A DNA stretch of 64,000 nt from Oikopleura dioica (lineage: Eukaryota > Animalia > Chordata), in the NCBI GenBank assembly GCA_907165135.1, contig OU015569.1:8951889-9015888 (forward strand), read 5' to 3'. This document shows positions 25,266 through 35,036 of this stretch, piece after piece. Position numbers and translations under genes: made by a program. The notes beneath the pieces were generated by a model. That model worked only from the letters and a program-made list of their open reading frames with translations, was not told the DNA's origin and made no database searches. Positions within the stretch are counted from its first letter, which is position 1. The number at the start of each line of letters is the position of its first letter.

Positions 25266-27130
25266 ATGTGCACGGAGGTAATCCTTCAGGATCCGCGAGG
25301 ACAACGCATTGCTGGCGGTTTAGTTACGTTTACTCAACCATCTTTATCAGTGGTGAACAATAACACGCAAGAGGTTTTGTCACGACAAGTCACACCTGAA
25401 GCAGGAGCTTTCGATTTTACTTGTGACAACATTCTGTCGCAGCAAGGTAACGATTTGAACAGTAGTGGTGAAAACAGATTCACTTAGAAATTATGGAATA
25501 CGCGAGCCTGATTATATCACCGTTATAATCACCGCAAAATTGGAATATTTTACGATAAACCTAAAAGGGCCGTTTTAATTCATCGAAGTTATGTAAATTA
25601 AGGTCGCGAATCCCGGACAATGAGTTATTATTCTATAAAGGAAGTGGTTGTTATTCCTTGATCAAGAACATTTAAGGCTATAACCTCTCTTTTGGCCTCT
25701 CTGGAAAACGGACTTCCCTTGGTCGATTTCAAAAATTTTAAGGGCAAACATACTTGTTTTCTCCTAAAAAATTCAAAAATGTCATCAAGAAATAGTTTTC
25801 TCAGGTAATTTTTTGCTCTAGAATCATTCAAAAATCGCCATTCGGTTTTCCGAGAAAACTGGAAGTTCTGAGGTAGAATTTATCCGATAATAATATTAAA
25901 CAGAGCAAATTCTATGATTCTCACGGAAAAAATTACAAGAAATCGTCCAAATAATGATTATAGTTCTCTCTTCTTTTAAAACTCTTTTGTTTATAGACTG
26001 ACGCTTGAGATCCGCGCAGCCAATCAGAGCGCGATGAATCGATTGACTCACACGCTCGCCAACAGCGCTCTCTTTTTGGCCTGGAGGATAGCACTCCGCG
26101 CAGCGCGTCCACGCGCATTTTTATCCTCAGGTGCCAGCACTAACATGGCGCTAGAATGAAAATTTGAACAGATATCGAAGATTTTTTCCGTGGGGATTGT
26201 AGAGAAGGCTTTAATCTATCAATTTATCTAAAAAAATCTACCTCTGTAATGGTAAAATTCTTCGGAAAACCGAATGGCGTTTTCTAAATGATTGTAAAGT
26301 CGTAATTTCGAGAGAAAAAAAAATTTTTGACCGTATTTCTGAAATCAACGATAGATTTTGAGTATATAAGTCCTTTTAATTTTTGAAATCGTCCAAGGGA
26401 AGTCCGTTTTCCAGAGAGGCCAAAAAGGAGGTTATAGCCTTAAGTTTACAATTCGGATCACTTAGAAAGGATGTTATCCCAGAAACAATTCCTGAAGAGA
26501 CCTCACTAGAAGCGGTAAAATCTGAGATTCGACCACCATCATACGGTAACTTGATTCTTTTTAGACAAACACTTTACTAACTGAATTTTAAGATCAAGTT
26601 CAAATGATTTCAGAAAAGGGTTCATTCACATTTATGCCTCTTTTGATTATGAGACACGATATTTCGAGGGTAAGATGTTACGTCCAAAAGAGTGGAACCT
26701 AACCGCACAGGCCACAATAATTTTGTTCTGAACAAAATATTTTAAGGCGGAATTTCTGGAGCTTTTTGACCTCCGTATTAACACACTTGATGAGTATGTT
26801 TGAACCCTCTCTTTTGACGCTAACGAACTTCAACTGAAGCTGTTGGAGCAACAAAAAAAGGAAGTTTGCGATCCTCAAGTTGGAGACACCCCACCGCGTC
26901 CCAAACAAGAACCAGTGGCAACTGATGAGTTTCCGAAACAGGTCGCCAATGACCACAAATTAAGTGAGAACATGCAATCGAAAATGAGGATCTACGAAGA
27001 GAGTGCGAAAAATGATGATTATGACAGGGACGATGATGTGTGTTCTGAAAGCTCAAAGAGCACGCTTACCTCATCGAGCAGCTCCTCAATCTTGACATCG
27101 GGACGAGTTGAAAATAAAAGACTATTTTAA
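25266..27130 (+). CDS. Unknown gene with only partial support. The first exon is 25266..25446 (MCTEVILQDPRGQRIAGGLVTFTQPSLSVVNN..., GTAACG donor). The terminal exon is 26840..27130 (LLEQQKKEVCDPQVGDTPPRPKQEPVATDEFPKQ...acidic/Ser-rich tail, stop at 27128). The middle exons are unresolved.
   Basis: The ATG sits in good context after the upstream gene's stop. The terminal exon is a long open frame that ends beside an AATAAA. The intervening intron holds a foldback element. Confidence 0.3.
25670..26450. mobile_element. Foldback/MITE-like element of about 780 bp with about 55-bp imperfect terminal inverted repeats, nested inverted sub-repeats and a GC-rich core carrying the motif GCGCAGCCAATCAGAGCGCG.
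   Basis: 25668-25725 AAGGCTATAACCTCTCTTTTGGCCTCTCTGGAAAACGGACTTCCCTTGGTCGATTTC is the reverse complement of 26395-26452. The inner pair 25840-25870 / 26262-26290 is also inverted. Confidence 0.45.
27112..27117 (+). promoter_or_regulatory. AATAAA polyadenylation signal near the stop of the 26840..27130 terminal exon.
   Basis: GAAAATAAAAGACTATTTTAA; the hexamer lies just before the TAA stop. Confidence 0.4.
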
Positions 27131-27586
27131 TAGACACAAACTCTATTGATAATACTCGAAGTCACGTTTGATTAATTCATTTTCCGCGTGTGTTATTAGC
27201 GATAACCTAGCGTAATTAAGAAAACGCGACTTTTATTTTGACACTACTAAGTAAGTCTGGATCCCGCGGCTTTCATCGTAAACATTAATTATTTCCTTTT
27301 GTGCTAATGATAGCTTCTTGTCCACGTCAGTCTTGAAACTCGACAAAAGTATTCCGAAACAACACAAACTTTCTCAAAGTCGACGAACATTTCAAAGGGA
27401 ACTACTCACGACCCTTCTCACACAGAATTTGTTAAAAAACTTTTCGACTAGAATAAGGCGTTACTGCGGCTGCTGTAAATAAACCAATGCAAAAATATGA
27501 CAAAATTGAAACTTGAATAGATATCTTGTGTCTATTATTGGAATGTGAGTGAGTAGTGGCAATGGTGAAAGATTATTCAGTTAGAG

Positions 27587-29546
27587 TTATATCAGATGAA
27601 AACAGCCGTCTGCTAACCGAGAGATTCTTCCAAGTACTTGTAATGCTGGCTGTGCTTTGGACTCTACACGGGTTAGCGCGTCAAGCTTGAATGTATGTGC
27701 TTTGTTTCCATTCGAGGTTTTGTAGAGAGAGTACAAAGCTTCGTTTGCCTTCGCTACGTCTAGGCCGAATCGACGGTAGCTTGGAAGCTTCAGAAATTCT
27801 TCTTCTGTGATTTTCTTAAGCCTTATAAACTTGTAACTTTCTAACAGCTAAATTCGTTAATACCCGTGATCTCTTTGCATGATTTCGAAAGGTGAAGATA
27901 GGCCTTTAATTTTGATGGTTAGCTGAGGTTCTTGCAGAGGATTTCCTGTCTCGTCGTCTTAGAGAAGGATAATGCTTGTTATTTGCTCCTAAACTTACCA
28001 ATCGTAATGTTTCGCAGATTGAATGAGCAGTTCTTGTCGGGCGTGTTACCTACAAACTCGTCGGAGAAAACTCGGCTTGTTTTTACAGGGGTTAAAAAGT
28101 CAAGATCAGCTCTCGTTTGGTTTGCGTGCGGAATAATGTTTTCCTTTTCATGAACTTTTATCGGCGTGAACGATAAGGAAGGAGTGATGTCGATCTTATC
28201 AATTTTCTTCTTGAAAGTGTCCATCGGATTAATTGTATTTTCGTCAATTCCGAAATCTGCCGGTGTGAGCTCAACGGCAATAGGATTTCTTCTTAGTCCA
28301 GGAGTTGGGATTTCAGACAGTTCTTTCTTATCAAGTGCCTTTCCGAAATCAATTAGCGGATCTTCTTGAGCTCTTGATTTCACAACAGTTCCACAGACGA
28401 TGTTTGGCTCACGAACTTGACTCTTCAGTGGTGTTAGATTCCAGGACGGCGGACGCATATCAGCCGTAATGCCGAAGTCTGATTCTGATAGGCGGTCTTT
28501 TTCCTTTTTGGCCCCTTCTAAATTTCCTTCCTTGCTTTTTTTGAGTTTAAAATTGCATCGGCCATGTATGCTACACTAAAGTACCCAAAGTATAACACTC
28601 AATATAAGAATGAGGTCAAACTCAACACTATTGTGGTCATGCTTCGATTGCATAGAAGGCGGTTTCATATCTGCTGTTATTCCGAAGTCAGACGCTGTAA
28701 GCCGCTTCTTTCGCTCATCGCCTTTACTCAATTTGGGATCGCTTGGAATAGACCGTTTATCGAGATTTGGACGGATCGTATTTTCTGTTATTCCAAAATC
28801 AGCCTCCGTCAATGATTTTTGTAGTGCACAAGTTGTCTTTTACGGAGATACTTTTTATGGAACTAATTAAACAAATAGAGTTCTTCCGCTCTCTGTCCTT
28901 CATAGTGTCGTATTCTTGGAGCATTTTCTTCGCAAGAGGAGGAGTTGGCTGTGCAACTTCTTCTTTCGTCAAGCCGAATTCTGACGGTGATGGCATATTC
29001 TCACTGGCTATGAGGTCGATTTTGTCAGTACGAGATCTAGATGCCAGAAGATTCTTCGGTGCTGGCGAATCGTAATCTTATATTGTCTTGAGAAAAATTT
29101 ATTATGAGCTTATTTATACCGTCCATTTTTTTCGCGATTTGCGCTATTGTCGGGCGCTTCAACTTTCCGTCGCTGGCAGCTATAACGGACTCCATAGTTT
29201 CCTCCAATCTACTCAAAAGATCATCATGGCCAGCCAAGAGGCGGTCGCCTTCTTCTACTGTCTCTCCAAACTTCTGATGGCGGTAACGTCCTTCGACGAC
29301 ATCTCCCAAGTACTCCCCAAACTTGAGCTCGTGTTTTCTTTAGGATAATTTATAAGTTATCAGATGTAAATACATCAAAACTCACGATGGTGTGGTTTTC
29401 ATTTTTTGGCGTCGCCATTCACTTAAGTTTCTGACCATCTCATCTGACTCTATGTGCACTACATTGTCTCCGTAATCGTAAACAAATGATTCTGAGAAGC
29501 TAGAATGCTCAGGGTTCACTATTGAACGTAACTTTCGAGATGCCAT
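27587..29546 (-). CDS. Ska-complex-like kinetochore protein. The N-terminal exons are 29434..29546 and 29038?..29336 (MASRKLRSIVNPEHSSF...). The central region 28180..29000 has five (S/A)(D/E)FG(I/L)T repeats. The C-terminal exons are about 27780..27875 and 27587..27740, resembling the Ska1 microtubule-binding domain. Internal junctions are only partly resolved.
   Basis: Repeats: PSPSEFGLTKEE, EADFGITENTIRP, TASDFGITADMKPPS, SESDFGITADMRPPS and TPADFGIDENTINP, which resemble the FG(I/L) motifs in human Ska3. A GTAAGT donor follows ...NITIG. The next exon DDETGNPLQEPQLTIKIKGLSSPFEIMQRDHG and the last exon GLKKITEEEFLKLPSYRRFGLDVAKANEALYSLYKTSNGNKAHTFKLDALTRVESKAQPALQVLGRISRLADGCFHLI* resemble the Ska1 C-terminus (ITCDEFNGVPSYMKSR...LLNILRHCRRLSEVRGGG). 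Both comparisons are from memory. Confidence 0.5.
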
Positions 29547-30144
29547 TTATTCCGTCTAAATTATTAAATTGACTCTTGAGAGCAAGTAAGTACACGTTGA
29601 TGCAGGATCACTGTACAGTTAATCGTGTTTCTCTGTCTCTTGCTTCAATAAAAACACAAACGGGTGTTTTTCTTCGGCGCGTGTTATTCCCCACTTTTAC
29701 CCCTGGTAGAGTGAAGACATTAACGTAAAAGTTGCAAGGAATGGGGCAGATGCGAGATCCTTATCAGATCATATAACCGACTTCAACTCGACGCCTCTAT
29801 TTTTTTATTATGCGTTGAAACTTTTTTTAGAGTTTTCGTTTTCTAATCACCCTGACCCATACGTCGACAACTTGCCTCTACTTGACCTCTACTCGTTGAT
29901 TAGAACTAGAAATATGCATCCATCGACCTCGTCAAACATTTAAAAAATAAAAGATTGACTTGGGAATAACTTTTGTAACCACTAGTTTATTTAGTAGCTT
30001 TAGAAAGAAGTTTCAAGTGAAGAAATAGTAGTTGCTTGAAGAAATAATTATGAAGGTAGGTAAAGGCGGATAGGTACAGTTATGAAAGAGAATCAGTCAT
30101 GCTGGCATGGTTCGCATTTTCTATTGACTTTTTACATAATTGGT

Positions 30145-32305
30145 TTACTGTATATTGCATGATTTTTCGTCCTGAGGGCCTTGATTAGCTTTAGTGCGCA
30201 TTTGTTCTGCTAGATCGCGTCTGTCAATATAGCAAAGAGCTTCGAAAATTCCTTTGATTGGGTTTTGCTTGGACAAAAGACATCCGTGGAGCCAAATAAG
30301 AAGCATTCGATGTGCATGCTCCCGGTACGATTTTTCTCCGATCCACTGTTCTTCGATGGAACGAATCTGTGTGTCCGAAAACTTCCAGTAAGTCCCGAGC
30401 AGTTTCCATTCATTCCGGCGCAGATACTAGAAATTATTCAAATTGCATCTTTTCCACAGTGACTACTACCTTAGTACTCAGCTTGAAGAGCAAGTTTCGA
30501 ATGAACTGGGTGTCAATTGAGGAGTCAGGCTTGAAATTTATTTTGGCGAGGACTTCCTTGCTGAGCTCGTTCTTGAACTAGTTTCTGGATTTTAAAAACT
30601 GCGTGCTTCAAAAATATATAAAATTGTTGGTGAATAATTATAACGTAAACAAGAAGAAGGCACGTACGTATGAAAATCCATCACAAAAGGTGGCACCTTT
30701 CAGCTTTTATAATCATATCAACGATGGTAACATAATTGCCCCTGGCGGCCACCATAAGTGGCGTTTTCCCTTTGCCATCTCGCACTTTCGGTGGGTTATG
30801 AAAATGCATAATTCAAATGCTAAGCATCTAAAAAAGTAAAATCGTCGACCCAATCCTTTAATGTCTGCACCGTGCTTTAAAAGAACTTCGGCGAGCTCTG
30901 TTGAGCCATTCTCGGCAGCCAAATGGAGAGCCGCCTCGGAGCGATTATCGCGGATATTAGGATTTATCCCGAACTTGAGCAAAGCCTCGGCGCCCTTAAA
31001 TCATATTAAATTATAGAATCTTTTTGAAAAAGAACGAAAGCATGGCGTGTTTTTGGCAGGCGAAGAACTTCCATTTTTCGCCGTCTATATTAAATTAGGA
31101 CTAGACGGGTTCTTTGGCTAAATTAGAGACATTGTTTACCTCTAGTTGCGAATGAATGGTCGCTAAATGTAGCGCCGACTGTTTAAGCTCGGTGACAGCG
31201 TTAATAGAGGCGCCCTTTTGCACCAAACGACTGATGATTTCTCGATTGCCGATTTGACTGGCGTGATGAAGAGGACGCGTGCCAACTCGCAACACTTCGC
31301 GCTCGTCCATCGAGCTTGAAGCGACAGTGCTCGGTGTCTCCGCGCAACTGCCCGGGCCAGAGCAACAGTTTTCCATTGACAAAAGCTCTCCATCGGCATA
31401 CGCATTCGCATCGAGCAGGATCATCACAATGTCGCTATAACCTCCAAGACATGCCAGATGCAGAGGTGTTTCGTTATTCTTGTTCAGCTAAATCAAAAAT
31501 GTATCATTCTATGTTGCCTTTCATGATTACCGAGTTCGGATCCGCGCCGAAGTCAACTAGGCACTGTACGCATTTGACATGACCATGCTTCGCGGCTAAA
31601 TGCAAGGGAACTTCTCCGTTTTTATCGTCGAAGTGTGGATCTGATTTTAAATCAAGCAGGCCCTCAACGGACTCCAGATTGCCCCCTCGAGCAGCTACGT
31701 GAAGTGCTGTTCGTTGATGCCCGTCCACGGTATCCAAATTAAAGTCCTGGAGTTCCTGTCGGCAAATATCAATAATGTTCACGTGGTTATTGGTTGCTGC
31801 ACAATGAAGAAATGAAAGGCCGTTTTTGTTTTTTGATTCAGTGGCTGCTCCAGACTTAACTAAAAAGCAGAACGCTTCGTAGTGGCCGAACCAAGCTGCC
31901 CAAAGAATAGCGTTCATGCCAAATATGTCCTACGAAAGCAATTAATCACTTTCAAAGCGGCGAAAGGACAAACCTTCGCATCGACAGAAGCCCCAAATTG
32001 AATCAGTACTTTGAGTGCGTCGACATTATTATTCCCCGCAGCCCAATGAAGAGCAGTTCGATCGACAGCGTTGCGTGAGTTGACATCCACCGGTGGAAAG
32101 CCTAGCTGGCCGGATACCAAAAGACTTATTTCGTCGATTGAGTCAGCTAAAAGAAAATTCCAACGTTTGTCATGAATTGGTGCGATTTACCTGTGCAGCA
32201 TTTGGCCGCGGCGTGAAGCCTCTGCTCTTCGGGAGTGAGGATGTCATCTGAGTTGTCGGACTCAAAGTTAGCTCCGCGCGAATAGCTCGCTTCCGTCGAT
32301 GACAT
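30145..32305 (-). CDS. Ankyrin-repeat protein with a C-terminal death domain. Exons (plus coordinates) are 32191..32305, 31974..32146, 31531..31929 and 31140..31487. About two further ankyrin exons in 30690..31000 are unresolved and may contain an indel. The death-domain exons are about 30468..30590 and 30145..30430.
   Basis: At least eight ankyrin repeats are present (e.g. NAVDRTALHWAAGNNNVDALKVLIQFGASVDAK, DGHQRTALHVAARGGNLESVEGLLDLKSDP, NGEVPLHLAAKHGHVKCVQCLVDFGADPN, ETPLHLACLGGYSDIVMILL, RPLHHASQIGNREIISRLVQKGASINAV, AALHLAAENGSTELAEVLLKHGADIK, DGKGKTPLMVAARGNYVTIVDMII). The 3' exons encode YLRRNEWKLLGTYWKFSDTQIRSIEEQWIGEKSYREHAHRMLLIWLHGCLLSKQNPIKGIFEALCYIDRRDLAEQMRTKANQ, a death-domain fold signature. 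Confidence 0.7.
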
Positions 32306-32490
32306 TAGTGGTTCTACATGAGTCTCATTGTCTCCGTTTCATTTCTGAAGTAAACAATCAGTCGTTTCGTAATTCGATTTGGGTTTATCTATGAAAATTG
32401 TTTTCAAGGGTACAAAAATAACTCGAAGAATATAAAAAAGATGTTTTGTGAGGCGCCACGGGCAGAAGGCGTAGAGGGAAAGAGAACTGC

Positions 32491-33819
32491 TCAGAGGGTT
32501 TCGTTGACAGACTGGTAGAGGCTTAGGAGCTGGTGCAATCCGTGTACTCTATTGGTGATTGGAATGTCGAAAATGCCGCAACTGAAGTCAATTAGCACGT
32601 CGATAGGGCCTTCCGGCAGTTTGAAATCTTTGAGCTGCTCTTGCAGGTGCACTGGCCACTCTTCCATTAATTTCTCGATATCCGGAACAGGCCCATTATA
32701 CTAAATAGAAATGAATATCTTTTTTTCTTATTGGTGCGATCTGGAATGAGGCCATTACACTTTATTTGGTTAATAGGCTAATCAATAAGGGATGGGCGCG
32801 GAGGAGTGTTCCAGAGGAGACTGAAGTGCCTTTTTCTCACCTGGACACTAGGAGCTGGTGCGCCTGAGTGAATCTCTCTGACGGATTGAACCCATTTCTG
32901 CAAACCAGCGCTATCTAAAGGCCAATTAATGATTGTGAAAGTTGCATTAAATATCGACAGATCCGATTTAAATTGTCGCTATGCATAATTGATGAACCAT
33001 TACCTGTCGCCTTTACTCGCCGCACCGACGTCTGGATCGCTGATCCTTTGTGCATCTGGTGAAGTTTCAGTTCAAGCGCCCCTGCGTCACTCTGATTAGG
33101 CGCAGGCTCATCCAGAACTAAGATTGAAGTTAGCCTAATATTGTGAAATCAAGGAAGAGAATCTTTCAGTAGCCTTCTCACCCATAAGTCCGATGCCGTC
33201 GGGATGTCCGTCAGGACGGGGAATTTTCAAGAAGGCGTCAATATCACCAATCGCCGGAATGAACTCAGGGACGAATGGCAAAAGCTTTGTTTCGAGCTCA
33301 ATCTTCCTGGGCTGGAATTCCGTGATGCGCTCGAACATGTGCCTGATATCATCGCTACAAATGTATAAATAACAGCGTAGAAAGTAGTCCATTACTTGAC
33401 ATCCAGTTCTGCAAACTCCGCCTGGTCATATTTGAGCGAGTTCGAGTCTCCTTCTTCGTCCTCGACATCGCACTCCTCTGATGACGAGCTTGATCCTTCG
33501 TCCTCTGTCTACGCAACTCATTAAAACTAGGCTTCGATAATCGCAATTCATTTTAAAAGTGAACAACTCGAATAACTCTGGAAAGAAATAAATCTATTAG
33601 GATTTGTGGCTAATCAACGAAATCGAGCTGTATATCTTCTGAATATTTGCGCGATTAAGATTAAAGTTGCAGGAGAGATCGACTGTGGACTAGTACCTGA
33701 TTGAGGCTCTGCTTTCCAACCGAAACTGGCTCATTCCGTGGCGAAGGCGTATACATATCCGCCACGCTGGGCTCGTCTTCTTCGACCATGTACATCTCGT
33801 CGTACGGCGACGAATCCAT
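32491..33819 (-). CDS. IFT46: Intraflagellar transport protein IFT46 of 268 aa, 6 exons. Exons (plus coordinates) are 33697..33819, 33396..33508, 33182..33354, 33004..33117, 32841..32914 and 32491..32700.
   Basis: LLPFVPEFIPAIGDIDAFLKIPRPDGHPDGIGLMVLDEPAPNQSD matches the IFT46 core (LKPFIPDFIPAVGDIDAFLKVPRPDGKPDNLGLLVLDEP). The C-terminus PDIEKLMEEWPVHLQEQLKDFKLPEGPIDVLIDFSCGIFDIPITNRVHGLHQLLSLYQ matches PDIDTLMQEWSPEFEELLGKVSLPTAEIDCSLAEYIDMICAILDIPVYKSRIQSLHLLFSLY. All six junctions are GT-AG with consistent phases and introns are 41-188 nt. Confidence 0.85.
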
Positions 33820-35036
33820 ACTAGAAAGGATAAATGGTCAGCGAGGATCTTCTGCAAGCGCGCTTTCAATGTTATCAGCTGATTAATATGCAAACGCGCA
33901 TTTGTGGCGTTTCTGACCACGATCGAAGGCGAGTAATTGGCGCATTCCTTCGCAAATCAGCGAAAGGTGAATAATTTCTTCCGTACAGTAATTCGTCTCA
34001 GGGAATGTTCTTCAGTCGCCAACCGGGGCGGAAAAGAAGTAATCGAGCCTTGAAAACTCTTCGATGAATGAAAGTTTCTCTCCGAGCTTTTTTGTGCGTC
34101 CACACACAGACACGAACAAATCCCTATCCTACATTCAATTGGATACTAATTTGTTCGAACACTACTGAATAAAACGTTTTCTCTAAATTACGTCTTGAAT
34201 ATTTAGGGAAGGCGAACTAATAATCCTTTCAATTTTTAATTCACGTCACTGTTCCCTTACAGATATTTTTCTATGACGAATAATAATATTCTCTATAATT
34301 TTCTCAAAAATGGATAAGCCAGATATCAAACGACGAATGTATTGAGATGGTTGGAAAATTCAAATAACTTTTATTTTTAAATCTCCATATTTCAAAATGT
34401 CTTTTTCAGTTTTTCTCGTTTTTTTTTTCGGGGAAGCGTCGGAGAAGCGCGCAAATGTCGCGCTCCAGTCGATTGGCCGTGGGCGCCTGCGCCTTCTTTT
34501 ATTCACTTCCAAAAATTACTTTACTTTCGCACTGTATCAAGACTGAAAACTCTTCTGCTCGGAAAGAAAGAGAAAGAATGTTTATAAACCAATGAGTTGA
34601 TCATCTTATTGAAATAATTTGTGTTGAATAATTATCTCTCATTTTCTTTTGAAGCTCTTCCACTGATTTAATTCAGTAAATTCTTTTAAAAATTAATGAT
34701 TAGCTTGTTAATTATCAATTCTTTTGGAGGTATTATGCATTAACTACAAGGAGAAGATAGAAATCAAAATATTTTTTTAGAAAAGAACTGCCTTGGCGAG
34801 AATATATTTATTCTTAGATTTTCACTGAATAATTTAAAAAAAAAACGTTGATTTATTTTTTCTATTTAGCTGTTTTAATTCAAAACTTTTGAAATAAATG
34901 AAGCTGGAAGAATCTGTGTCAGTACCTCTTCCTCACGGATGAGTAGCTTTTAATATCTATATAAAGTGTCACTATTTAAAGGCACGCTCAAATTTAGATG
35001 TAGCGCAAAATTGAGAAGAATCGTTTTTTGTTGCTG

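Noticed and set aside
33437-33450. tRNA T-arm-like string GAGTTCGAGTCTCC.
   Set aside because: It sits inside IFT46 coding exon 2 with no acceptor-stem or anticodon-arm partner. No tRNA, rRNA or spliced-leader RNA genes were identified in the window.
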